From Dimorphilus gyrociliatus (lineage: Eukaryota; Animalia; Annelida), in NCBI GenBank assembly GCA_904063045.1, contig CAJFCJ010000008.1:310001-374000 (forward strand): a stretch of 64,000 nucleotides of DNA, written 5' to 3'. Position numbers and translations under genes: made by a program. Position 1 is the first letter of the stretch; each line of letters starts with the position of its first letter. Below, piece by piece: positions 1 through 14,200 of this stretch. The notes under the pieces were generated by a model. The model was given only the letters and a program-made list of their open reading frames with translations. It was not told the DNA's origin and did no database searches.

Positions 1-1365
1 CTCTCGTTTGAATATCTAGATTTATTGAATAAGTCGGCCGCGGTTTTAGTCCAATTACTATGATAAATTTTTTTCAAATATTGCCGATATCTAAAGAAAG
101 TCTTTGATAGATGATTATTTAATTCTTCTTTGTAGAGTTCAGAAAATTCCGTTACATTCTTGCTATATGCGTACATTGCGTAATCGATATGACTCCTCAT
201 TAAGTGACTAATTGTAGGATCGTTTGATTTTTTATCAACATCTTTCCTAAGAGAGTCAAATAACTCTTCAACATAGACGGAGCAGGAACTTTGCATTGAG
301 GTAACTAACTTAACTTGTTGTATGAGTTCGTTCTCGCCAAATTCATCGATTTTTAGCACTCTTCTTCTCGTTTCATTACCTCTATTTGTCTGATTGCGGA
401 AGGCTGCTTCCACACCCTTAAAATCACTTGATAGTATATAGCTTAGTACTGTATAAAGTACTGTAAATGTAAAAATGAAAGTGTAGAGCATTTTAAAGAC
501 GCCATACGTAACTATAATCAATATTTGTGATTTGCTCAAACCGTTCCAATGACCGCAGCTGGTCGATGAACTGTCTATTGAATGAGTATCTGCTGAAGGG
601 ATTCGAGTTGAGGGCCCTTTAGGATTTTTTCGAGTACAATCCAAGTAACAAAACACGCTAACGGATAAGAGAGCCAAAACCCCACAGACACTAGACAAGA
701 TAATAAGGGCAACTAAATGTGGCATATCCGGTTCCTTAAGTGTCACTTTTTCCCTCTTTGCTATATATTTTGGATGTTCGATCACCATTCTTGTTAGAAA
801 AATTGAATAGTTCTTGTACGGATCTTCCAGTTGAACATCGTATGTCCTTGACTTTAAATACATAAAATTCGGGACACTAAAAGAAATATTAAAAGTTGGT
901 TTTGGAGCACAACCAACTAATAAATCGATTTTATATAATTCTTCAGGTCCTCCCCCTCGTCTACTATTTGCTCTTTTCTTCCTGTCGTTAACTCTAACTT
1001 GCATATAACCAGGACAATCGCTCATGCGGCCAGTGATGTTAATTACCCAAATAGCTTCGTCCCTTGTCAACGTTAAAGAAGCTTTAAGCGTCTCGTCGAC
1101 AATCAGGTGAGGACCATTTTTAAAGTACCACTTGAAAAGGCTTTGATTACCTGGCATAATAAATTTGACAGAGGGAAGAGGGTTATTGCGTTTAATATCA
1201 TATTCGAAAGGTTTGTCAATTTGACTTTCCGAATGAGATTTTATAGTAACGTTAACGTCTATATAATCTTTCTCGTCTCCTAAATCGCCCGTATAATACG
1301 GTATAAATTTTGATGTATTTTTATTACAACTATCCGAATTCCTTCCAGAGAACCATTTAGAAGTA
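1..1365 (-). CDS. Gene A large exon: end of ectodomain plus first two segments of the multipass region (open to window edge)
   Basis: Acceptor TTTTTCCCTATTTAG at 1366, then an open frame to position 1: ...MSDCPGYMQVRV...IDLLVGCAPKPTFNISFSVP...LVALIILSSVCGVLALLSVSVFCYL...SQILIIVTYGVFKMLYTFIFTFTVLYTVLSYIL... Aligns by eye to gene B KCPGYFGLRL...DVIATCPKTFDISIKLP and LFFVVVYVTFRAACSLALTFTVL. Confidence 0.88.
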
Positions 1366-3459
1366 CTAAATAGGGAAAAAAGAATTTTATTAATAAAATT
1401 TTATTGATATCTCTTCAAAATGGGCTAGAAAATTCAATTACCTATAAGCGAATGGTTCCTCAAATTGCACGTATGTTAAAAAGCTATTATCAGTTGGCAT
1501 TTTCTCGATTTTGAATGGTCTATTCTTCTTAACTTTCTTTTTATAGGGAAATAATTTGTATGAAATTGGTTTTCCCGTTGGATCGTTATAAATATCGAGG
1601 ATAAAATCTTTCTCCATTTTTAAATTTGTCGTATGTTTAACAGTTAGAAAATCTGTTGTGTAGCTTCCATGAGTAAGAAAATCTAAGCCTTTACTTTTAA
1701 TTTCTTTATATCTTCTTTCAGAACGATAATTTAGGCTTTCAACTTCAATTTCATAAAATAGTTTGTAAAGTATTTCCGGTTCTTTGCTTTTTATATGACA
1801 TTTAACATGATAATTACGAGTACCAGTTCGAAAATCAGCTTCGAATGCTGGTTGAAGTGTAAATGTATAAGCAGAGCCAGTTATACAGTTAATTGGTGCA
1901 TTGGTACATTCAGGCTTAACAGCTTCTTTGCAATCTTTCAACGTATAACAGCCGATGTAATCATCTGTTGCGCAACACTCTTGATTCGGTCTACCCCGTC
2001 CCTTAGCTGTAAGTTATTAAGTAGTAATTTAATTTCAGTGTAGGGATTGGAAAGGAAATAACGATTCTTACTATTTCGGCGGCAGTTTCCTAGTCCTACG
2101 TCTAAACATTGATTACATCTTCTAACGGGATTGTTACATTGCGGAGGGAGACTCGTGAGAGGTTTTTCTTCTTTTGGGGTTTTGTTAAAAATTTCCCGTA
2201 ATAAATTATCGCTCCTTGTGCATGAGAGAACGTTTAGATAGCCATTCAAATCTTTCGGAAACGTACCCTGTACAAAAGAACCAATAGGCGAATTGAATCA
2301 ATGCAGACGGGACGGGGGGTAGAGAACAAGAAATGAGAAACGAAAAGAATAAATAAATAACTAAGGAATTATAGCAGCAGGCAATTTTTTATTGGAATTC
2401 CAACTACCTTATTATTATCATTATTTTCTTTTATTCTTCTTAGAGGAGAAGAGTAAAAGAAGGATGTAAGAAAAGAAAACGATTAATTTCTTTTATAAAT
2501 TAACGTATTTTTGATAAATCGGCTGCTATAATTTCTAAAGTAAGACATGACACCATTCGAAGGATTATCCTTCAAATAATGCAAAAGTTAATAGGATATA
2601 CGAGCATTGAATACCATATATCCTTATATTCCAATTGCATTATGCGATAATCTCTGACTAACTGTTTATAACTAGACGTATAATCTCTAGAGTTTTTACT
2701 AAGTTAGACTAGAAATTATATAAAGCGGTAAGTGTTTTTCTTTTCTCTAATGTAGTGTACACCTAATTAAACATGCATTAAACGTTGTCATCGCACTTAA
2801 TCGGTTACGTTAAAATGCACGCAATACTCTTGTGCATATTCTCTTTAATTATTCATGCATCCTCCATAAAATGTCATGCTACATTATTTTTACACTTGAA
2901 TACTTTTTTCACGCGATTCTTTTCTTTCATTTGTTTCTTTATTTCTCGTTGTTTTTTTTATATAGTTTGAACTTTTTTTCATTACTCTTAAACACTTTAT
3001 AAACAAAAAACCAACCAAAATAGAAAGTATATAAATAACTTATATATCTATAAATATATAAATAGTTATATATATATACATATAGATAGGATAAGGAGTA
3101 AGAAAAAGTATAAAAATAAAGGTCTCTGGATGGCTTATTTCCTTGTATAAATTGTTAGAAGTACTGCTTCTGTTTCCTTTTTCTAGTTATGATTGAAAGA
3201 AAAAAAAGATACAGGGAAAAAAGAGAACAATTATGCCGCATAAACATATCAATTTGTCTCTTATTCGTAAATAATAAAAAGAACAAATAAAATAGTTTGC
3301 TTGTTTATTTTCTTCGTAGTTTTGCTGTTTCTTTTGTCCAACAGAAATAATAAAATAAATAAAGAAAATATTGATGGAAATATACTCTAGTTGATTATTA
3401 TAATCTTGTCTTTCTTCTTCTATTTTCCCATATTTCAATACATACTCTATTTTCGAATA

Positions 3460-3496
<37 letters not shown>

Positions 3497-5244
3497 TGTA
3501 TAGTATATCTTATTAATTTATTATGTATATATTGAAGATGATTTATTTTCTATTACCAGTTGGGATTGAGAATTGCAAAGGTTTCATATTTTTACAGTAG
3601 ATAAAAAAGACAATTGGAGAAAAAGGATTGAAAATTTAGAGAGAGAAAGAGATGGAGAGAAAAAGAGAATTGGACATCGTGCAGTAGTTATTTTGAAAAA
3701 TAATAATATCATATTTTGTGTATATATATATATATACAGATATTGTAATCGTATTTAACTAAACTGTATATACACACATCTCTTATGTCTAGAGAGATAA
3801 AGATATATGAAAGTAAATAATATAAAATGAAGTAAATCATCATACAGAAATAAAATACAGTTTTCTTATTTTCCTTTTTCTTTTGGTAAACAACTCAAAA
3901 ATGTTGGAACTAGATAGTTTGATTTGGAGAATAATCACGTGACTGAAGATAGTGAGCTGTCTAAAAATTATTTTTTTTTTTTTTGGAATAGTGAGAGATT
4001 AAAAATTTGGAGAGAAAAAGAAAGAGCATTCGTGCGTTAAACATGCGTATCATTTAACTAGGGAGTTTGATTTGAGCGTTTTTTAAAATTATCACGTGAC
4101 TCTTTTTTAAAAAAGGATAAGAGGAACTTAGGATTAATAAGGAACTTTTAATTGGCGTAACCATTTACCTCTGTTACGATATAAGCTTAATCCTCCCAAG
4201 TAGCCTACTCAAAACCTCAAGAAGACATTTTTAAGCCTTCGAAATTAACTTTCTATTTTTGTACGAATTCAAAGAGTTCACGTGACAATTGTAAAAAGCT
4301 CTGATTAATAAATAATAAATAAGAGGAATTTTGTGAACTGGAACAGCATGCTGAAAAATCGAACATGCGGAAAAAGTCCCAACTGGTTACCTCCTTTTCC
4401 GTCTAGAGGGCCCAACGTGAAGTCACGAATTGGAAAAGATAAGAGATATTACGCGGCAAAAACTTTCGCACGCATGCGCAGACATGAGAAAAAATGATAA
4501 AAAGATATTTTTTGTCCAAACATACAAAAACTAAATTGAAATTAATAAAAACAAAAAGGAAGAAGAAGAAAATGATAAAGACAAACAATGGAAATTCTGT
4601 TAAAATTTCTATCACAAATCTATTAAAAAGACTATATATATTAATATTTTTTAATATATTAATAAGAAGAAAATGTCTATAATAACGGAATGGAAAAGGT
4701 ATTAATATCTAGATAATGAATGGGAAAAGAAGAAAAGAAAAAGTTTGGGAGTATAAAAAAAAGGAAAAAGCTAAATTTTAGCTTTTTTCATAAATTATTA
4801 AAAATTCATTATAAAAAAAGCATAAAAATTAAAAATAAATAACTCAGTTAATCTATTCTGAAAAATTACTGCAATTCTATATACTGCAAATATATAAATA
4901 TACATTTATATATTCGCTTATATAACAGCAGTAATAATTGAAAAATCAACTTGTCTACTTAACAAACAATGCTACAGAAGACAAACTTTTATCTTAATAA
5001 TAATTAATAGATAGTTAAATAAATCATAAAGTAATTCTAACAAAATAACTGATAGTCTATATATTAACAAGCAGCGCTAGCGCTGTTAATACACTATAAA
5101 TAATTTTAATAAAATATATAAATAGAGAAACTAACTTTATTAAGTAAGTTTCTTTACTAAATAGATTGTTTTCTTTTAATTAGAGAGTTTATACATATAT
5201 AGATATATACATATATATATATATATATATAAAGAATATATATA

Positions 5245-5282
<38 letters not shown>

Positions 5283-8200
5283 TGTATATATATTTATATA
5301 TATTAAGAGAAATAGATAGTGTATGTATATTGAAAATGATTAAACTTACCATTTCTTGGCAGCCCTCATTCAAAGTTCTGTGATAATAAACTTCACCGTT
5401 ATTATATCCAGGTGGACATTTAGTTAATTTTGGGTTATTAGAGTCGCAAACTATCTTTCTAGCCTTCGTTGTTCTATCAGCCATAATTTCCACTAAAATT
5501 GTATAGTATGGTGGAATGGGATGTCTAAATGTAATATATTTATGTATGAGAATCTATTTACAGTACGTACTGTATAATTTTGAATATTTATCAAACCTGC
5601 ATTGCTTTTCTGTGACAGATAGAAATCTTAAGGTATCATGATAATTATCCTTATTCTCGTCAGTCATAAAGACGTTATCGCTTTCATGAGCTACATCTTC
5701 ATAATGCGGTATTGACTTCAGTTCTTTTATACCGACAGTAACCTAGAGAAATGTAATTTGTATTTAAACGAGAGCTATAATATCATATTTTTCCAATTCA
5801 AACTAAGTTGGAAAACAGTGAGAAAATGGAATTGAAGAAATGGAAAAAAAATAAATGTCGCACTTTTATTTTATGTTTTCTATCCCATGTAGAAAGTGCT
5901 TGAAAATTATTACTTGTGAAGTAGAAATTCGAACTTTTATCTTGTAATTTATCGTGTAGATCGTCCATAACAACGTTGTCGGAGACCTCTACTTTCAATT
6001 CTGTGGGGAATTGATTGTTAGGATTTCTTCTTCTTGGCAATTTAGCTAGTCTGTATATATATATACAGATATATAAAATTGCCGAAGATACTGTATATGT
6101 TTAAAGTTGGATGAATCAATATAGGAAGATTATACTATACTTTTATATAAATATACAAAGTTCATATACAGTATAATAGGTTTAATTAATTCTTAAAGGA
6201 AAGAAGAATGTTATTATGTTAGCAGTTATGTTAAGCATATTCCTTTCATGCTTAAAATAACGAAAAGTTGAGAAATGAAGCAAAAGAGGACAATAAAACA
6301 AACTAGTAAATACATATAATTCTTTCATTACAGTAAGTCACTTGTTTAGAATAGTATCGTTCTTACCAGGATGGAGTTAATAAACAATAGCTTTTTTTTT
6401 GTTATATTTAATTTGCTACGGCGTCTAATTTATATTTATGTATTTTATACGTTATACATATAAAGAAGACATACAATATATAGATATTGATTTGTTTGTA
6501 TGATATTTATAAATATTGTATAAATTTATGTCATATCGAAATTAAATACCAATCTATGATGTTTCTACGATGTTCTTATTATCATATCCATTTAACTACT
6601 CTGTTAATAGAATTTGATTGTCCTATCGATTTGTAATAAATATAGAAAAGACATAAATGATAGTATAAAAAGGTTAGACAATTTAGCATAAAGAATTCAT
6701 GCACGCGTCTACGTCGATTAAAAATCCCTCGTTCCGACGATTTATAAAATAACAAAGAAGCTCTTTGAAGTAATATTTCAATAGAATATGGCAACAAATC
6801 GTAACTAACAATTCAAAAAGAGTTTTATAATCTCTTCAGGTATGAACCTCCCATTATATAAAAACTAAGTATAGTATACTATTTCCTATAATTTATACTT
6901 AGTCAGATTCGTGAGAAACTTTTATAACCCTGAATAGAATTTTAATGAATTAAATGAATAAAAAGATCTTATAATAAATTAATTAAGTAAATAGACATCC
7001 TTTTTTTGTCCTAATTTTATAAATAGAAGGGAAAGGAGACAAAAAAAACGTGAGTGATATTCTCTTCTTTCTTCGTGTGTCTATGATGCGTTTCTTTAAT
7101 TAATCAAAAAAGAAAATTGAATAACTGTGGAAATGAGAGGAAAAAAATTATTTCTCGATTATCAATAATTTCTTTTTTTTTCGTTAAGCCGATAAAAATA
7201 TTGGATTAACGAATTGTTGGAAATAATTCAGCGAAATAGCCAGTCGAGATAGGGCGTTGAGCGGATAGATGCAAAACGGAAAATGGTAACTTGCTTTTTC
7301 TGTCCTTATTAGCTGGTCGTTGTTTTGTCCAATCTGCTAACACAAAATTGGGGATTTTACCCCGTCACAATAACTAAAGATCTTTAAACTTGGTTTTATT
7401 TACATAAGAATTTTATATATATGTTTTTTTTTAATTAATAATAATGATATACATTACCAATAAGAATAATAAGACCTATAGGTGGCGATGTAATAATAAA
7501 GAAATCCTAGATTTCTCATACATTATAGGAACCATAGTACAAAAAAATAGGCTAATCATCATAAATTAAGCGCAATCATATAAAATTATATGCAATTATA
7601 AATTCGAAGATAGTAAGAAATTGAGACAAATCCTACTTATCTTACCTTCTCCAGCTATTTTTCGATAATAATTCTTTCGCCTTATTATTTCAATTTAACA
7701 TTGATATTTGTTTTTTTATCTCTTTTGTCAAGCAAGAAAATAAAAAAAAAGTTTCCCGTCCAAAAGTGGTAAAGATAACCATTAAGAAATAGAGAGAGAA
7801 GAAAAAATAATTACGTAATCGTGCCAAAATAAAGAAAAAATTGAGAATTGTAATACAAGTAAACTAATCGGGAGGAATTAATGAAACGAAAACATCAAAT
7901 TCAATTTTCAGCCGCGTATGAAACGAAAGCAAAGCTAAAATACCTAATGTATAATTTGTAGGAGCAGGCCTCCTAAATTTTAGTTCTGAAAGAAAAACAT
8001 TAGCTCTTTCAAAAAAAAAGTTAACGAAATAGTGCCAAAGGATTTTTCCTTTTGAGAAGAATTTTTTCACAAACTGTTAAAAAGTTAGTTTAGATGTTTT
8101 TCCTTATTATATTCTAATTATTTATCGTATGTGACGGTTCCTATCTTAATAAATATTTGATAATTGTAAAATTTTTGTTGGTTGATGTTTTTTACTATGT

Positions 8201-11200
8201 TAAGTGCTTAGCGAGTACCATTTTACCCCCTCTATTTCTCTCTTCATCCTTTCACTCTTTTTTCGTCTTTGCATCGTTTACGTCAGTGGTAATTATCGTC
8301 AAAAAGACGACAATTTTCGAAAATTTTAGAAAAAGTGCATGACAAAACAGAAATAAAAATTAGAATGGAGAGACAGACGGAGAAAATAAAAGAAAAATGA
8401 GGGTGGGTATATATGGGTGGGAATAAATACTTTAAACAAATAGAGGTGAAAAAGGTATGTATACGTATACACACAGACGCAGTCATTCACACACGCGTAG
8501 GAGCACTTGTGTACAGCTTTTTGGGATCAAATTTGAAAATAACGACTTGAAAAAAAAAAAGCTAGGGAACACATTCACAAATGTGCACATGTTACCATAA
8601 AAAACTATAACATCAATCAACTGTTTTCATTATTGTTTACTGTTTCAGCTTTATGCTTCTATTCAATACTATTTTACTATTTTGCTTACTAATAATGTAC
8701 CTAATGTGCTTTTTATATTTTATACAAGTTTTATTAAAAGCATTGCAATTAAAAAAATTGGCAAAATTGCAGAATTCTATTACGTAATCTGCTACCTAAT
8801 CTAATCATCTACACAGAAAATCGTCCGTCACAAACGATAAACCAATTAATTTGGATGCCTATTGCGTATTTATAGATATATATTTATATATAAGTCAGCT
8901 AAGCAGAAATATACAAAAGCGGCTGTTCAAGTACTACACGCTAAATGGAAATAAACAGAAAACAACAATTGGAAATACTATTTGTGAAAATATGTAATTT
9001 TAGTTATTTTGTTACTTGGTTTTTTTATGTTTCAATTTAATTTTTATAGAATTTCTTTCATTTTTTAGAAATGTGTTAAAGATAAAAACAAAACCCAAAC
9101 AAATATTCTTAATAGAAATTTTTTTTTACCTTGAAGGAATGTTGCTGTTGTTTGCCCTTGGGTGATTAAAAGTGGGTAAGCGACGTCTGAAGAGAAAGGA
9201 AATGTATACATGCATTATATTTATATATATATATTTGGATACATAAATACGTATACAGTTAACAGCTATATCTAATTAGATATTCCAATACGTATAAAGA
9301 TTTAAGAGAAACTGCTTTGGAAGCAAACGTAGTAAAGTAACAGTAATATCATATAGGGTACTTACGCATGCATTTCCTATCCATATTCCTTTCGCAGGCT
9401 CTTGCTTCATAATAAGGGCCTTCACAATCAGAACAGGCTGTATTCGATAAAATTATTTAGAATTAAGAAATCATTAAGTATCTTGTTTAGCAGATCACAT
9501 GACTGTGATAAATAAAATAGCCTTAGCAAAAAACTAGTACGTGCTATATTAGGTGTTAGGAGGCGACGCAACGTCTAATCGTAACACGGATAGGTAAAGA
9601 GGCCGTGGTGATTTTCTTTCGCCCTATTCCCTATTCGTCTTATTACCCCTACATTTCCCAAAGACTTTCCTTTTCCCTTCGTAGTTTCCGCCGTTGTAAG
9701 TGTAATTACTAGGAAGCACACGATACCATAATTTGAAATCGATAACTCTATATTGAATTCGTTGACCGATAAAACCATTATCATCGCCCGACTTTACCTT
9801 CATGTGAAGGTTGTAAAATGAACGAGAAACTGACTTCTCTTTTTGGTAAATTTTTTGATAAAAGAAATAGCTTTCCTTACTTTTAGTAACATTAAAAATC
9901 TAGTTGCGCTGAGATAAAAGCATGATCAGGATAAAAAGAAGGGAATAAACTCTAACAGAAGAGCCCCCCGTAATACAATTTTCTACTGGTCTATACAACG
10001 GAGCATTTATAAAAGGGAGAATTTTCTAAAAAGGCCTGGCCACAACGGAACTCAGCTATAGCCAATAAGAAGATGGAACGGAAACGCCGGGGATGTTGAA
10101 ACGACGAAGAGGAGGCTGCTATCGAACGACGAAGAGAACGCTTCAAGACATTTTCAATCAATGGGCGCTTGCCAATCTTCATTTGTATTTAGCTAGTCCC
10201 TACTACGATTGTCGATTTTTCGTCGTTTTTTTTTACCCTTCATTCTTCAGTGCTGACCGACGCCCTCATCTCATTTGATTCGCTTTATTTGCTGTTCGTT
10301 TGCTAAATAAACCTCACCCTTTTCGCTAACAAATTTTTCACTTTCCAAATTCCAGTTAGATCAATTAGGAAACACAACTTCTACCATAAATTTATTACCA
10401 AATTAACTCAAGATTGGCTTGTACTAGTTTGTGTTTAACACTTGCAAAAATATTGTGACTGGGTTGGGTGACTACTCTCTTAGTTCCTCTAGTGTATAAA
10501 ATGAGGTGATTGAGGCTTAATTTTCTCAAGTAAACAAAGTGTCTCCTCTACCAATTTTCTCCCTCTTTCACTCTTTCTCTCTCCCATTCTTTTGCTAAAA
10601 ACTCATTCAACCCTATCATTCCTTCAAAGTTTCTTTCTTTCCCTTTTCTGCCTCTTTCTACATAAATATACAAGTTTTCCAAATGTTTGTACATTTTTGC
10701 ATATTTCTTTGATAACGATACGAAGGGCAAAGAGAAAGAAGGCGGTGGGATGGTTGATGGAAAACTTATATTTGAAATTCAACTCATATATAATCCTTTC
10801 CCGACCTTACGGTTAATTACGATCCTTTTTTTGTCATTATTCCCTATAGAATACTAGTAAAAAAAGCTGATATAAATTAAATAAGGATTTATCTTATTAA
10901 AGTATCAGATTAAAAAATAATAATTATGTAATGAAAAGGTAGGAAAGGTGGGTATTAATCTTATTTTATTCTGTAATAAATACCTCAATATAAATGGACA
11001 TTGAGGCCTTAGGGATATGTAATATATCTCTTATATAAAGTTTTAGATAGTATATAATCAATAGGAATAGAGGGAAAGTGAAAAAAAGAAATTGAAATCC
11101 TAGTTCTTCTAAAGATTCCCTCCTGTCCCAAGCAAATAATTTTCACTACCCAATATCTCACCCCTGGAGAATCGACATCGTGATTGCTCATCAGAAACCC

Positions 11201-14200
11201 TTACTCAAGGCTCTTTTTTTCTTGACCGTCATCCAAGTCATTTCGTTTTCGTTGCCTCTATCCCCTTTTCCGCTTATTCATTTTTACACGTTTCATTCAC
11301 GCACTTAATAGAAATAATTAAGCGAAACGTCAGTCAGTAACGAATTCATGCGCGTAGTTGGTCTGTTCTACTATGACGTTTTCGTTTGATGTATCGCTCA
11401 TGTTTTGTTGTTTTTTTTCTCTTAGTTTCTATTTGTTTATTCTGTTTTCTTAGAGTTTTTAACCCTAAAGGACAGTTTATTTTTTGAAAAATTATCATAT
11501 TTTCTTAATCAGATTCAGCTGGGGGGGATAGTCGGTATTCTAACAGTTTATCGTTTATTAGTGCTGGCTTAACCAGTATCAATAACGGACAAGATTAGCT
11601 AGTCTATACAACTGGGCTAAATCCCTCATGAAAAGCGTTGCTAGTATTTCGTCCGAAAAGCAATTAAATCGCCGCAACTGCGTCGATGATAAACGGCTGA
11701 GGGTAAACATGGCAAATGAATATGGCGTCGAATAACGGAAAAGTAAAGAAAAAACGGTCTGCTGCATAGATCAATTCAATTCATATAGATATCTCTATAA
11801 ACAATTTTCATTCCATAATTAAACAATTCCTTTTTCTAAGTCGCGTCACGAGCGGACATCTAATCAAGCGCTTGTTTCGCATCTTGTCGATTGACAATAC
11901 GTTAATTGCGATTTTAAGGGGCTGGAGGCTGTTTAGTTACGAATTTTTTTAAAACTAAATTGAATAAATAAGGATCTGTAGAAACGTTTGATTTTCTTTT
12001 CTGTTTATTTTCATAAGCAAAATGGAGAAAAAAAGCTAATTTTCTGAATAAATCCAGTGGATGGCTGTATAAAAATCGGCGCATAATTGTTACGGTTCGA
12101 CATACTGCAAATATTGGAATGACAATCGATGCGCTTTGCTGTATAAAGAAGTATTTCCAGTGAAGATTGTCAGCGGAGACAAAAGATCAGACAACAAACT
12201 TATAAATCCTTAATATCTTATTGTTTATCAATAAGAGATGTATTTAAATAGAATCGTCCCTTTTTAAAAAAACGGATATCTCTCTATTCTTTTTTTTATT
12301 AAAATTGAACGTTATTCGTTTTCTCTTCTTTTCTTTTTTATTTACAACTTCCGGAAGCGTTCCTATTAACGTTTCGAACCTTAAAAACCACCTGTTCCGG
12401 ACGTTGTCCATTTGTCAGTTTAATTACATACCATGTGTAAAAGTGTACAAAGTATATTTTCGGAAAAATCGAAGTATAGTATTGTATTTTTTTTAATGTT
12501 GCGTCATTAAAAAGCATTCTCTTTTCAAAATACTAACGTTCCTTCATTTAAATATTGAAATGTTCAATTTAAGAAATATCAGTGTTGTACACGTTTTGAA
12601 TATTTGACAAGTCATAAACAGTTAAAATAAATATTAACTAAGAAAATTGCCTAATCTTAGCAAACCGATTAAATATATCAATGGTCAATATATCGAGATC
12701 GATATATGTACAAAAATACAACGTAAGATTTACACAAAGAGAATTGTAAATTAGATATATACATAAGAATACTTGAATAGAGGAATATATGTATATATAA
12801 TATAAATGCATTATATATTCAGAGATTGTGGTGGATGATAACTATTTTATGACTACTTTTGGTATATCAAGTATTTAGGAAGGAAAAAAAAATTAGGCAT
12901 AAACAAGTGGAAGCTCATCTCCCATAAACATTGTTTTATTACTTGAAATGGGTCTACTATTTGAACATTTTCCCAATTTGCCTCTTTTTTACTTTATACT
13001 CTAACCAACTTGTACATATTTCATAGTTATTCTATCCTATACCTTTTTTATGTCTTTATAAAAGATAAAATTGCGGATGGCTGAAGTTATCGGATTATAA
13101 TTTTAAAAGAAAAAGACTGTCGAATTAATCAGGCATAGAAATAGACCTTTATCTAATAATTTTTAATTGAAGGATTGATCTAGTGCATTATCAAATAAAA
13201 ATGCCCTATTCTCTTAACATAAAAGCTATGTCTTCTCTCATTCTATGCTTCTTAGTTAAATTTTTAGCTTTTTCCTTTTATGGATAAAGAAGGACAGTAT
13301 ATTTTATAAAATAAGGGAACGATTAGTAGGGCTTAAAATATGAAAAACTATTGATTTTCTTCCACCTCTAATTAAACGATTAAACACGAAACCTCTCGTC
13401 AATATTTCGTACTTTTTCTATAGGCCTTCTGGCCTACTTATAATAATCCGAAATATTCTATAACTAGAAATTCCCCTACTCATGAAAAAAAAAAGTTACC
13501 GTTCATAGTAAACTGGTAAATAATATTTATGAAATAATATTAATAATAAAAAAAATTAGCATAACTTACGTGAACAAGTGTGATCACCCGCATTCGAACA
13601 AGGTTTTGATTCGTAGGTTTCAAAAGGGCATCCTGCACTACATTCTGCCAAAAATATTAATATTTTAAATAACAGGAATTTTTTGTCCCCTTTTCCAGCT
13701 TGCATAACTCAATGTAACATTTTTACAGAATGTAAAATGTCATTTTTAACTTTTATTCCACAGTTTATATTCCACGCGGAATGCATATGTGAAAGCTAGT
13801 ACATCGAGCTCTGTCTCATTCAATTGTGGACAATCAATGGCGATAGGTGGAGCTGAAGTCAACCTTCTTTGAATTCGTCTATTTTTTAACAACTTTTTCA
13901 ATAAAAGCGCGAACTCTGCGGGAGTAAATTCTTTGTAGAGTCGCTATATAGTTAGAACTTTCCTCATTTTCCTTAATTAAACTTAGCAGATTTCTTGTTG
14001 AATTATTTACTGCAAAGTCACGACAGAAAATTGTACCAAGCCTTAACAATATATGAGAGGAGAGCGGATGGAAGAATAGGTATTAAATAGGTTTATATAC
14101 AGCAAATACTAAATATAAATATAAATATAAATATATTTCTCAATACCTATTAACACTTTCCATCCCTTTTATCCACTCCTATTCTCTCTTTTCGAAAAGA

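Noticed and set aside
1438-2249. Overlapping ORFs 1938-2249 and 1438-1941 resembling a viral or transposon frameshift
   Set aside because: Explained by a 65-nt GT-AG intron (2071-2007) within gene A.
2785-5300. Short hydrophobic or Lys-rich ORFs in the track (for example 2785-2970, 3187-3438, 4403-4682)
   Set aside because: Low-complexity AT-rich intron sequence with no splice support or domain signal. The same applies to most 60-90 aa ORFs across the window.
9690-10200. Plus-strand 11-nt micro-exon-like segment and an Arg-rich frame near 10060-10195
   Set aside because: Could not be linked into any ORF; stops in all upstream frames.
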